A stretch of 64,000 nt of DNA from Candidatus Woesearchaeota archaeon (GCA_019323015.1 JAHWHY010000002.1:15100-79099); one strand, 5' to 3'. Positions 36,260-46,478 are shown, counted from the stretch's first letter. The notes: generated from the sequence alone by a model not told the origin. Numbers and translations are program-made.

Positions 36260-39200
36260 GAGCAAAGTCAAGGATTCAGTTGATTGCCTTGTTTATGATA
36301 GTTTTAGTTCTCGCGCTTCCTTTTGCTTTTGCACAGAACATGTCTGATGTTAATCAGACTTCTGTTCCTGAAACCCTTTCTTTGGAGATTTCTGTAAATC
36401 CTGTCAGCAAGGACAAGTATGTTGAGGTGAACGGCACTACTGCCCCTAATGCGCGTCTTGAGTATTACATAGGCCCTACAAAAGTAAAGGTCAGCAGGGC
36501 TAAGCAAGACGGCACTTTTACGACAACAAGGGTTCCTATGATAAAGAAAGGGGATAATGATTTGCTGGTTAAGGCTTCTATTGAGGATAAAACTGCGCAA
36601 AAGTCTTTTACAGTGCTTTATGACCCTGTGCCTCCTGACTTGAATGTTTCTTCAATTCCTGAGTTTACCACAAAGACTTCGCTTGAGGTGCATGGTGATG
36701 TTTCAGAGCCTGTGGTGGTTAAGTATACGAGTTATCCTAAGAAGGATTCTGATGCTCCTTCTGAAGTGGGTGGCCTGGAGATAAGGGATGTTAAGGATAA
36801 TCAGGTTACTATGGTGTGGACTCCTTCAGATGCTCTTGATTTGCTGGAGTATGCTGTTTACAGGGATGACACAAGGGTTGGTGTTGCGCGTTCTGCTATT
36901 TTTGTTGACAATAATGTTGCCAGTGGAAAAGAATACACTTACAGGGTGAGTGCTGTTGACACGAGCTGTAATGAGGGTGTAAAGTCTGCACCTAAGAAGG
37001 CAGAGACTTCTTCTGGCGGAAGTCCTGAGGAAAAGGCAGTTGCTGTTCCCTTGAGCTGTGTTCCTGCTTATGAGTCTCTTGATACTGCTGTTCCTTTTGA
37101 TATTACTTTGTCCTTGCAGGCTGGCGGTAATGTTGTTGAGATTATTGCTTCTGACAAGGCAGGTAATACTGCGAAGATTGAGAAGCTTGTCACTGTTGAT
37201 ACAGGTCCTCCGCAGTTTATCACCACTAATCTTGATAATATAGGCACTACTTATATTCCTGAGGTGACTGTTCGAGGTAATCTTTCTGAGAAAGGCACTG
37301 TTTTTGTTTATATTAATAATGAGAAAAACCCGAGTCATTTTGGGACTACAAATGATCAGGGTGGTTTTGAGATACCTGTAAAGCTGAAGTCTGATGTTAA
37401 GGTGGAGTCTGGCCAGGCTGCAGAGCTGGATACTGGTGTTGGCTGGCAGAACAAGATTAAGCTGAAGGCAGTTGATCTTGCAGGCCAGGAAGCCTGGTAT
37501 CCTGGGCAGCAGCAGACTAAAGATGTTGTTTGGGCTATTTGCGGTTATGGTTCATGGTTTGATTTTGATGTTGAAGAGGTTACTCCAGAGACACTTACTC
37601 CTCGGTTGTTGATGCAGGGCATTCAGCAGGTTGGTGTTCCTTTTACACTGAAGTATATTGGGGGCCAGGATGATGCAGAGATTGCTGGTGTTGTCAATGC
37701 TGTTCCTGTTCGCATATCTGCTGACCTTGAGGATTCTTTTGATAATGACAAGATAAGTGCTTCTCAGGTTTGGATAAAGCCAAGGCCTGGTGTCAAGGGT
37801 GTCTGGGATGGTTATGTTCAGATTAATTTTGCAGAGTGGCCTGTTGACCAGCTTGAGCTTGAGGGCAATGAGACTGCTGCTGCTATTGAAGAGGGCATCA
37901 GCAATTGGAGAAAAGGCACAGAGCATTTTCATGAGGCAGGCGTGTCTGAAAGAGGTGTTTATCTTAAGCCTGGCTGTCTTAATCCTTTGCTTGGCTGTGT
38001 AAAGCTTTATCTTGAAATAGATATTCCTTTAAAGGAAAAAAGCAGGATTTATGACCCGAACACTCAGCAGGAAAGGTTTGAGTGGAAGACTGTGAGGCAG
38101 AGGAACTGTCTTCCATTGGTGCTTGATATTGACCAGGTCATTCCTCCTGATGTCATCAGAAAAGATGCTTTGGAAGGCACTTCGCAGTTTTTGGGAAATG
38201 CCATTGATTTTATTGATGAGATTCTTGATCCTTTGTATACTTTTACTGAGAACATGGTTTACTTGTGCACAGCTGCTGCTGCAACCTTGTTCATAATGAG
38301 TCTTGCAAAAAGAGTTACCTGCAGTCCTGTTCTTGAGGCAATTGGTCTTTCAGAGAAGTTTGACCCTGAGATTGCCAGTGCCGGCCTTTGCCAGATGGCT
38401 TATGGGGGTCCGGAAGAGCAGGAAACAGATGAGTACCAGAATGAGGCAAAAAAATTAAATCTTAAGAAGACAGATATGTACAAAAGCTGTAATTCCTGTC
38501 AAGACATGCTGCAGGCTTACCGTGATGTTTTGCAGGATTTTTACCAGCCTATCTGTGACAGGATTGCCTGTCCAAGTGCTCCTACTGTTCAAAAGTATAT
38601 TATTGACAAAAGAGGCTCTACAAAGAAGATAACAACAAACATCAAGAATCTTAAGGTTGATGACAAGCCAGACACAACAAGACAGGACTGGATTATTAAA
38701 GAATGGGGTGTCAAGGGTGATGTTTATTCTGGCAGTGGCTGCGGCTTCAAGGATTTAGTCAGCACTAGTTATACTGTTTCAAAGGCAGAGCCAAAGCCTG
38801 TTGAATCATTGCCTACTGAGGAAGAAAAAGAAGCTAAACAAGAAGTCCTGCAGGAAGAAATGGCACAAACAGGAACCCCTACAGAACCAGCGTCATTGCA
38901 AGGTGCTGAATCAAATATTCCTGATTTAAATTTTGTGACAGGTGCAATGCCAATGGATGTTGTTGGTGCTTTTGCAACTGGTTCTGCTATTGCAAGTGCA
39001 AATGCAAAGGATAACAAGCCTGCTGCTGCTGGTTCAGTAAGTAAAGGAACTGCAAGTCCTCATGCTAACAAGATTTGTGGTATTGATATTGGAAAAGCTC
39101 CTTTAAGCGGCACTGGCGGCAAAATAGGCATAAAAGATATTTATGAGATTTACAAGGGGGATTATAAGGAATTAAAGGAAAAGTGTACAAAGCCTTCTTT

Positions 39201-42200
39201 CCATCCTGCCTGTCCATTCTGTTGTGGTATTGATTACATGTGGGAGTGGAACAGTGCTTGTGGTGTTGGTAATTTCCTTGGAATCACAAATGCTGGTCTT
39301 GATATTGATACTTATGATGAGTTAAAGCACAGCACAAAGCTTGCTGCTGAGAAAGTCGGCCGCGGTGATGATATTGGCGGTGATGGATTGTTAGGTATTT
39401 TTAATTCCTTGTCAGGCTTCTGCACAGCAGATGGAAACCCTACGCCTGATATTGTGAGCACTCACCTGAATTTTAATCCTAAGATTCAGGAGGCAGAAGA
39501 GAACTTGATGCAGGTTTTTGTGTTCCCAAATGCTGCAAGAATCGATAGTGGTGATGATTTCAAGTACCTGGTTTACAGGGGTTATCTTGCAAAGAAATTT
39601 GTTATTGAGAATGCTGTGAAAGAAAAAGGCAAGAAATATGACTTGTATAGTTTCTCAAGCACATTGAGTGCTGTCAAGGAAAAAGATCTTACTAAGTATT
39701 TCGAGCATCTTGGCACTGATAAAGAGGCTGCTGATAAAAAGGCATTTGCTACAGAACTGTGCAAGCCATTGGGTAATTCTAAATTTACTGGAAGCAAGTC
39801 CTGCTCTGCAAGGGCTCCTGAGGTTTTTGAAAAAGTTAAGGCGCATATAAGTACTGTTGATGAAGAGTATATAATAAGGCCTGATTCAAGCATAATCAAC
39901 AGCGTAAGATGTATCTGCCTGAGCTCGCTTATTGCTTTCTTAGAGCAGTGGAGGCAGATTGCTCAGGCTATCAAGAACTGCATTGATACAATTATCCTTA
40001 CTGGTGATGGTGAAGAGGGCATGTGCAGGTCAATGTTGAGCAATTATGTTTGTGATTTGTTGTGGGAGATTATTACTTGTTTTGCAAATAAGTGGAGCAA
40101 GCCGACTGGTACAAGGATTAGTGGTGACGTTGGTCCTGGTGATGTTCTTGGCTTGGTTACTGGTGCTGGTACAGATGTCTCAAATCAGGTTAAGGGAAGG
40201 TATGGCGAGACAGCAATGTTTAATGCAATGTTTAATGAGAAAGAGATTGTGCATGGCTTGTGTTTCCTTGCGTTTGGTCTTGAGTGGAATCTTGATGTTA
40301 GTGCTATGGTCAAGCAGAGCATTGAGTCTGTTCCTGTTGAGACAATGGTGCTTGGCCCTGCTCCTGCGCAGGCAAGGTTTATTGCCTGGAATCCTGTAAC
40401 TAATCCGCGGGGCTTGACTACATGGGAGTATCATTTTGGCTTGATGATTTCAGCTGGTGCTGACATTAACACAAGGGTTAAGCTGAAGTGCAGTACTGGC
40501 TTTGGATGCAGTGAGGCAGACGGCTTTGTCGGCGGAGAGTGTGACTGCAACAAGCTTGGCTCTGAAAAGATTATCTCTATTAATCCTACGTGCAAGCCTG
40601 CGTGGAAAGGAAGGCTTAACAAGAATGAGCTTGCAAGTTATGATTGCTCTTATCTTGTTCAGGCAGGCAAGTACAGGTATGACACTATTATTTTTGAGTA
40701 TGACTGGCAGGATCCTGGAACAAAGCAAAAAAGGTCTGATACCTCAGAAGCTTCATTGAACAGGATTGGCGCGTCTCCTCCTGCTTTCTGTAATTTTGAT
40801 TTGTTAAGCTTGAGTTTCAGGTGCAAGTTTGGGGAATCCCCTAGCGGGATAAAGATTGAGAAAGTAGAACCGCAGTATGGGTATAAAACAAAGAGTGACA
40901 AGCCGGTTTTTGCAATGGATGAAGACCTTGAGTTTGAGTTAAGTGTTGTGCAGGTCATGCCTGATGTTGCTGAAGAGCAGCAGCAGGGCATCAAGTATTT
41001 GGGTTATAAGGTCCTGAATTCTGAAAACAAGGTTGTTGCAGAGCTTGACCCAAGAACAGGGGAGTTTGCGCAGCATTATCAGTTCAAGACAGACGGTGCT
41101 TACAAGCAAAAAGTAGAGGTCAGGAGAGGCACTCAAACCACTTGGGAGAATTCTTTTGCAAAAGGCGGAGGAACAAGTGGTTCAAGATACCAGGTTGAGC
41201 CTAGGTCAGATGATATTCCTGTCCTGAATAAGATAAAAGCAGACCCTTCAAAATACATTGATGGAATCAGCATAACAGCAACCAAGGATGGCAAGACAGT
41301 CACTCCTGCTGCCAGCAAGAGATTCTTTGTCAGCATAATGGATAATGCTGTTGCAGCATATGAAGCTAAAGGAGCCACATCTTCTGGTTTGTTTACCAAG
41401 TCTGATGAAAATAGGCTTTTGGGAGACGTGCAGGAAGCAAAGGCTGGCCAGAAATATACTTTTACGCATATTGATGACAATAGCGGTATTAAATATGAGA
41501 TTTCTTTCAGGCTCAAGACCATTGACTTTGGAAGTGCAACAAACACCCAGTTCTTGATACAATATGTTGCTGGCAAGGCTTCTGGCGACCCTTGTGCAGG
41601 TGCTTTAGGCCAAAGAAGCCCTATGACCTGGAAGGTTACATTCACTTCTTATGATGCAGATAAGTATGGCAGGGTAACAGACCAAAAATCAGTTGATCCG
41701 ACAACAGGAGAAGTTCAGGAAAAAACAATTCCAATACAGGTTGTTTGTGATCCTAAACAAGAATTAAAAGCAAAAGGCGCAGAACCAACTCCTGTAACAC
41801 CTGTTGCTGGACCAAAGATATCTTCAGTTGTACTCTTGCCAGAAGGCGTGAGAACTCGGGGTGACACGCTTGTGTCAGACAGTAAAAATGTGCTAATTGT
41901 TTCCAAAGACCAGGAAAATGTTTTACTGCAGGTCGTGCTCTCAGAGCCTGCTGATGAAGTCAAGGCAGACATTACATATGATTCAACCACAGTTTCATGG
42001 ACCTTGCAAAAAGATGCTTCAGAACCTAAAAAGTATGTTTCCGCTGAAAAACTAAACTTGAAAAGCGCTGCACTAAGCAAGATTGTAATTACAGTCAAGA
42101 AAGACAGTAAAGAAACTGACAGTAAAACATATGAGTTTGGTGAGGCAGAACCAACTCCTGCAGCTGCTGGACCAAAGATAGAATCCGCAAAATTAGGAGA

Positions 42201-43725
42201 TATGGATTTAGTACCAGATAAGATGGCATATGTTCTTCCTGGAACTCAAACATTGTTTATTGCTGTTACAGACTACGCCACCAAAGTTGAGGTAGATGGT
42301 ACATTAATTAAAGGCGATTTAGAAAAACACCCTGGAATTAAAAATTTATTCATCAAAGAAATGATTGATATTAAGCCAAAACAATCAGATGAAGTAACAG
42401 TTACTGTTTATAAAGATGACAAAATAACTGATCAGAAAAAATATTTGTTTAGCGCCCCTTCTGATAAAATCGTAAATATGGAATTACTTGTAAGCTATAG
42501 CCCAGAAAGATATGACGGAATTAAGATGAAAAAAGAACAGACTGACAGTAAGTATGTTTTTTATATTGATAAATTAGAAGATAACTATGAATTAAAAATG
42601 TATTTCGCAAATGGGACAGGCGTTAAGGTTAACGATGAAACTTTTAATACAGGCCCCCCAAATACTATTGCAGACAGCGGCAAAGGAAGCGAATTAGTAG
42701 GTCAGCAAATCCAAATAACTTTACTGGGCGAAGAAAACAAAGAGTTAGATACAGCGCAAGTTCATTATTTGGCTGCAGAAGAGGTTTCATCACGTGAAGC
42801 AGAATGGGATACAGATTGCGACGGCATTGAAAAATGCGAAGATTATACTTCTCTTCAATACAAAAAAGTATATGATCATAGTATACAAGAAGGCTGTGAA
42901 CAAAATAAGTGTAATGTGGAGGGTTTGTGTGGTTATAAACTTAATAAGTGTATTACAGTAGATTGTAGTAGAGTTGATGCTTGTACAGATTATACTGTTG
43001 CAGGGGAGTATGTTTGTGTTAATGATGCTTGTAAGAAAAGATTGTCTTGCTTGTGGAATCATGAAAAGAATATTTGTGCTCCAAAAAAAGGCATCATAGA
43101 AAGCATAACTTTGGGCGGCGTAGACTTAAAAGAAGAAGAGGAAGTTACTGTTCCAAAAACAGGAATGCAGGATTTAATAATTAAATTAAATCAAGAAGTT
43201 GATAGGGTGTATGTTTATGGAAGTTATGGTGCTAGTCTTTTGATGGGTGATTTAAAGCAAAAAATAGATCCTACAACATATGGCCCAATGAAACTGAACT
43301 TGTCAAAAGTCATAACAGCACCAAAAGGCAGGAAATACGGCAATATAGGTGTGGATGTATACAAGGATGGGATGCAGATAGATCATAAGAGGGTTAGGTT
43401 TACGGTTGTGCCTTTGAGTGTGGGTAGTTACTGGACTTCAATGAGCGTCTCTGACTGGACAGAATCTTCTGATTTATTACAGTTAGTAAAAATGTTGGAT
43501 ACACAACCAGACCTGCTTCAATTCAAAATAATAACGGGTAAAAAAAAAGGCAGTGAAATCAATATACCTGTCAAAGAATTGGGTGTATTAGTTCCAGATC
43601 CTTGTTCAAGATTAACAGATTGTTCTGATTATGCTGTTAAGAATACTTGCTTTTACGATCCTTGCAGTTTTACTTGCCAATGGAACGATGCCACGAAGAA
43701 ATGTGAAAAAGGCTGGGCAGGATAA
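36256..43725 (+). CDS. Family A3: 2489-aa secreted protein with Ig-like and FN3 domains, a Cys-rich helical domain and an extended repetitive C-terminus
   Basis: Signal ending PFAFAQ; FN3 (VTMVWTPS...YAVYRD...YTYRVSAVD); RCICLSSLIAFLEQWRQI motif; C-terminal beta repeats and two Cys-rich modules. Confidence 0.85.
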   Translation: MRAKSRIQLIALFMIVLVLALPFAFAQNMSDVNQTSVPETLSLEISVNPVSKDKYVEVNGTTAPNARLEYYIGPTKVKVSRAKQDGTFTTTRVPMIKKGDNDLLVKASIEDKTAQKSFTVLYDPVPPDLNVSSIPEFTTKTSLEVHGDVSEPVVVKYTSYPKKDSDAPSEVGGLEIRDVKDNQVTMVWTPSDALDLLEYAVYRDDTRVGVARSAIFVDNNVASGKEYTYRVSAVDTSCNEGVKSAPKKAETSSGGSPEEKAVAVPLSCVPAYESLDTAVPFDITLSLQAGGNVVEIIASDKAGNTAKIEKLVTVDTGPPQFITTNLDNIGTTYIPEVTVRGNLSEKGTVFVYINNEKNPSHFGTTNDQGGFEIPVKLKSDVKVESGQAAELDTGVGWQNKIKLKAVDLAGQEAWYPGQQQTKDVVWAICGYGSWFDFDVEEVTPETLTPRLLMQGIQQVGVPFTLKYIGGQDDAEIAGVVNAVPVRISADLEDSFDNDKISASQVWIKPRPGVKGVWDGYVQINFAEWPVDQLELEGNETAAAIEEGISNWRKGTEHFHEAGVSERGVYLKPGCLNPLLGCVKLYLEIDIPLKEKSRIYDPNTQQERFEWKTVRQRNCLPLVLDIDQVIPPDVIRKDALEGTSQFLGNAIDFIDEILDPLYTFTENMVYLCTAAAATLFIMSLAKRVTCSPVLEAIGLSEKFDPEIASAGLCQMAYGGPEEQETDEYQNEAKKLNLKKTDMYKSCNSCQDMLQAYRDVLQDFYQPICDRIACPSAPTVQKYIIDKRGSTKKITTNIKNLKVDDKPDTTRQDWIIKEWGVKGDVYSGSGCGFKDLVSTSYTVSKAEPKPVESLPTEEEKEAKQEVLQEEMAQTGTPTEPASLQGAESNIPDLNFVTGAMPMDVVGAFATGSAIASANAKDNKPAAAGSVSKGTASPHANKICGIDIGKAPLSGTGGKIGIKDIYEIYKGDYKELKEKCTKPSFHPACPFCCGIDYMWEWNSACGVGNFLGITNAGLDIDTYDELKHSTKLAAEKVGRGDDIGGDGLLGIFNSLSGFCTADGNPTPDIVSTHLNFNPKIQEAEENLMQVFVFPNAARIDSGDDFKYLVYRGYLAKKFVIENAVKEKGKKYDLYSFSSTLSAVKEKDLTKYFEHLGTDKEAADKKAFATELCKPLGNSKFTGSKSCSARAPEVFEKVKAHISTVDEEYIIRPDSSIINSVRCICLSSLIAFLEQWRQIAQAIKNCIDTIILTGDGEEGMCRSMLSNYVCDLLWEIITCFANKWSKPTGTRISGDVGPGDVLGLVTGAGTDVSNQVKGRYGETAMFNAMFNEKEIVHGLCFLAFGLEWNLDVSAMVKQSIESVPVETMVLGPAPAQARFIAWNPVTNPRGLTTWEYHFGLMISAGADINTRVKLKCSTGFGCSEADGFVGGECDCNKLGSEKIISINPTCKPAWKGRLNKNELASYDCSYLVQAGKYRYDTIIFEYDWQDPGTKQKRSDTSEASLNRIGASPPAFCNFDLLSLSFRCKFGESPSGIKIEKVEPQYGYKTKSDKPVFAMDEDLEFELSVVQVMPDVAEEQQQGIKYLGYKVLNSENKVVAELDPRTGEFAQHYQFKTDGAYKQKVEVRRGTQTTWENSFAKGGGTSGSRYQVEPRSDDIPVLNKIKADPSKYIDGISITATKDGKTVTPAASKRFFVSIMDNAVAAYEAKGATSSGLFTKSDENRLLGDVQEAKAGQKYTFTHIDDNSGIKYEISFRLKTIDFGSATNTQFLIQYVAGKASGDPCAGALGQRSPMTWKVTFTSYDADKYGRVTDQKSVDPTTGEVQEKTIPIQVVCDPKQELKAKGAEPTPVTPVAGPKISSVVLLPEGVRTRGDTLVSDSKNVLIVSKDQENVLLQVVLSEPADEVKADITYDSTTVSWTLQKDASEPKKYVSAEKLNLKSAALSKIVITVKKDSKETDSKTYEFGEAEPTPAAAGPKIESAKLGDMDLVPDKMAYVLPGTQTLFIAVTDYATKVEVDGTLIKGDLEKHPGIKNLFIKEMIDIKPKQSDEVTVTVYKDDKITDQKKYLFSAPSDKIVNMELLVSYSPERYDGIKMKKEQTDSKYVFYIDKLEDNYELKMYFANGTGVKVNDETFNTGPPNTIADSGKGSELVGQQIQITLLGEENKELDTAQVHYLAAEEVSSREAEWDTDCDGIEKCEDYTSLQYKKVYDHSIQEGCEQNKCNVEGLCGYKLNKCITVDCSRVDACTDYTVAGEYVCVNDACKKRLSCLWNHEKNICAPKKGIIESITLGGVDLKEEEEVTVPKTGMQDLIIKLNQEVDRVYVYGSYGASLLMGDLKQKIDPTTYGPMKLNLSKVITAPKGRKYGNIGVDVYKDGMQIDHKRVRFTVVPLSVGSYWTSMSVSDWTESSDLLQLVKMLDTQPDLLQFKIITGKKKGSEINIPVKELGVLVPDPCSRLTDCSDYAVKNTCFYDPCSFTCQWNDATKKCEKGWAG

Positions 43726-43726
43726 A

Positions 43727-44542
43727 ATGCCATCTAAACTCTTCCTATCCCAACTAAAACCTGCATTTAATCTTTGTAAAAAAAACAAAGGTTTCTTCCT
43801 ATTATCTTGTTTCATTGACCTTGTTTTCTTCTTGATATTGTTGGCTGTGAATTATTTTTTTCTTATGAGTGTTAAGGATTTTATTGTTGGGTTTATTGAT
43901 GCTGTTCAGGAGAATTTTGCAGGTGTTTTGGAAAAAAACCTTACTGTGATTTCTCCTGGTATGATTAAGACTCCTGAGTTAATGAGTGCGTATCATTTGA
44001 TACTTAAGTATGTTGTTGTTTTTGTGTTGATTGCTTTGCTTGTCTGGATTGTTTTCAAGGGGATTAATTGGTTTATTGCGAATAGATTGATAAGAAAAGT
44101 TAAGCCAGGGGATTTCATCAAAAGATTTATTGCTCACACTTTTCTTGCCTGCATCTGTTTATTTATTATCATGGTTATTGCAACTAATCTTGTTGCTTAT
44201 TCTTCTTCTAGCTTTCTTCCTTTGTTTGGCTCAACTACTGCAAGGTTTATCACGCTTGTTTTAATCTGGCTTCTTTCTTACTTCCTTGCTGTTTCATACT
44301 CAACAAACTTGACTTGTAAAGAACTCATGAAAGCAGGAATTAAGCATTACAAAGAGCTAGTTCCTGCGCATTTATTCATTTTCATTGGTTTTCTTTTGTT
44401 GTCTTATCTTACTGTGGAGTCAATCAAGCTTGATTTCTGGGCTCCTGTTTTCTTTGCTTTAATCATAACAATCCCCTTCGTGACATATGGAAGAATTTAT
44501 ATAGTAGTAGTTGTAAATAAAGTGTTAAAAAGAGGACGATGA
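43727..44542 (+). CDS. Family C3: multi-pass membrane protein
   Basis: ATG 2 nt after the A3 stop; FNLCKKNKGFFLLSCFID; FKGINW...KRFIAH. Confidence 0.8.
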   Translation: MPSKLFLSQLKPAFNLCKKNKGFFLLSCFIDLVFFLILLAVNYFFLMSVKDFIVGFIDAVQENFAGVLEKNLTVISPGMIKTPELMSAYHLILKYVVVFVLIALLVWIVFKGINWFIANRLIRKVKPGDFIKRFIAHTFLACICLFIIMVIATNLVAYSSSSFLPLFGSTTARFITLVLIWLLSYFLAVSYSTNLTCKELMKAGIKHYKELVPAHLFIFIGFLLLSYLTVESIKLDFWAPVFFALIITIPFVTYGRIYIVVVVNKVLKRGR

Positions 44543-45129
44543 GAGCTGAATCATTTTTTATGGTTATTGTTGGCATCTTTGCATTAGTTATTGTAGTGCA
44601 CAGTACTCCGACAGGCATGGCTATGAAGCAGCCGTTTAGTATTTTTATTCCTGGCGGCTTGGATATCCGTGATTTGATTATTCCTGGTGCAGGCCAGGCT
44701 GTTCAGGTTGAGATGCCTTCTGCTGCAGGCGGTGTTCCTGACTGGAACAATTTAAGGCCGGTTAATGTTGAGTTTTATGCTGACAGCATCATGGTTCCTC
44801 CTGTGATGAATGAATATAATTTTTTGCCTTTGAAAAAGGATGATATGAGGACTTTTTCAGGCAAGTTTGGCCCGTATTCAGAGGATTACAGAAAATATTT
44901 TTATGTAGAGCTTTGTTCATATGTCCTCTCCCAGCCAGAGATGTTTGGTTGTGAAAAAATAAGGGACTTGAATTTCATGGATGGGTATATTACCTTTGCG
45001 AGAGGTTACGACTATGACGAGTTTATTGCTGGTTTGGCTATGCGGAATTTTGGTGCTTATTATGTTGTACAAAGCACAGAATTCGGTCCGTTAGCTACAA
45101 GTAACAAGGCTGTGATTAATTTAGTTTAA
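44539..45129 (+). CDS. Exported hypothetical protein (possible class III signal)
   Basis: MRA|ESFFMVIVGIFALVIVV...PTGMA; coupled to C3. Confidence 0.65.
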   Translation: MRAESFFMVIVGIFALVIVVHSTPTGMAMKQPFSIFIPGGLDIRDLIIPGAGQAVQVEMPSAAGGVPDWNNLRPVNVEFYADSIMVPPVMNEYNFLPLKKDDMRTFSGKFGPYSEDYRKYFYVELCSYVLSQPEMFGCEKIRDLNFMDGYITFARGYDYDEFIAGLAMRNFGAYYVVQSTEFGPLATSNKAVINLV

Positions 45130-45274
45130 ATTCCGAGAAAACTGAAAAATTTACGATTTCTTATTTATATGCCGGAGTGTGCTTGTTTTTTTCTGAAAAT
45201 ATTTTAATCTGCTTGAAATATTTCCGGATTTTAAGCAAAAACGCATTTTAATATCAAAATCAGTTTTTATTTCT

Positions 45275-45724
45275 ATGAGAGCAATAGCTACTGCAGGGAT
45301 TATTGCATGGTCTTTTTTTCTTACAGTTCCTTTCATTGGCAGGCAAATATATCGTGAGAATTTCAAGAAGCAGGAGTGTGTTGTTGAGAGTAAGGAAATT
45401 GTGCCTGATGAAAGTGTTCTTGAAAAGACTGTTTCAGATGTTAAGATTTCACTGCCTTGGAAAAAGTACAGCAATGTTGTTGACTGTTGTTCTGGAATAT
45501 CTCCTTTTAGGGGTATTTGCTTTTTTATGAAGGATGATACAAGGGTTATTTATAAGTTTGATGCTGTGTCAGAGAAGTATCTTGACAAGTCTCTTGAAGT
45601 ATTGCAGATATGGGCGTCTGATGATCTTTACAGCATGTACAGGCATATTGATAAGAATAAGAATAGGATTATTGAAGCTTCTGAAGCAAAAGGCTTGTAT
45701 GCTAGTCTTTCAGGGCAGAGGTAA
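45275..45724 (+). CDS. Hypothetical protein
   Basis: 149 aa ORF with an N-terminal hydrophobic stretch and plus-strand codon bias. Confidence 0.5.
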   Translation: MRAIATAGIIAWSFFLTVPFIGRQIYRENFKKQECVVESKEIVPDESVLEKTVSDVKISLPWKKYSNVVDCCSGISPFRGICFFMKDDTRVIYKFDAVSEKYLDKSLEVLQIWASDDLYSMYRHIDKNKNRIIEASEAKGLYASLSGQR

Positions 45725-46412
45725 AGTCCTCTAATATGTCTTCTGTAGATTTATTTTCTGCTGGTATTTCTTCAGCAGTAGGCTCAACAACAGTTTCATT
45801 TGTTGTGTTTTCCTGCAGTATCTGCGTTAGATTTATCATTTCAGGCGTGACCACAGCACCTGTTGGCTGTGCAGGCTCTTTGAAATAAATATACCCAAAT
45901 GCTGAAGCAATTATTGCTATCAGTATGATTGCAATTGTGATTATCCATTTTTTTCTGTTTGATTCCTGTTCTATGATTATTTCCTTGTTGTTGTTTTTCT
46001 TGTTTTGTATCTCTTCATGTTCTTTTGATTCTCTGCTGAAGCTTTCTTCAAGAAATTCATTTATGTCCTGTTCATCTTCCTCCGGCTCTTTTTCTTCTGG
46101 TTCTTCTTTTTTTTCTTCAGGCTTTTGCTCAAAATCAGAAATCAGTTTTGCTTTTTCAAAGCTTATTGGCTTTATCTCTACTTTGCTGTCTGAGGATGCA
46201 GGCTTTTGAGGTTCTGGGTTTTCTTCGGCTTTTTCTTCAGGAACATTCTCCAGTTGTTCTTCTTCAACAGGCTGTTCTTCATCTCCTGGTGACTTTTCAG
46301 GCGGCTTTGGTGCACTGCAGCAGCCTTCTGGCTGTTCTTTCTCTAGTTCTTTTATTTTCTCATCAGTTTCTATGGACTTTCCTACATCCAGAGAGTAGTC
46401 ATATCTTGCCAA
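45702..46412 (-). CDS. Acidic low-complexity membrane-anchored protein
   Basis: E/P/K-rich region, TM near the C-terminus, QPTGAVV linker. Confidence 0.65.
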   Translation of the reverse strand: MARYDYSLDVGKSIETDEKIKELEKEQPEGCCSAPKPPEKSPGDEEQPVEEEQLENVPEEKAEENPEPQKPASSDSKVEIKPISFEKAKLISDFEQKPEEKKEEPEEKEPEEDEQDINEFLEESFSRESKEHEEIQNKKNNNKEIIIEQESNRKKWIITIAIILIAIIASAFGYIYFKEPAQPTGAVVTPEMINLTQILQENTTNETVVEPTAEEIPAENKSTEDILEDFTSALKD

Positions 46413-46478
46413 AATCCCACCTAGAGCCTGAGAGTTGAGGATAGTATTTAAATCTTACTTCAATAGAAAGTGTTTTTT

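Noticed and set aside
36256-43725. Diversity-generating retroelement target in A3
   Set aside because: No reverse transcriptase and no ~100-bp TR/VR pair differing at adenines was seen; the repeats found are 15-16 bp linkers.
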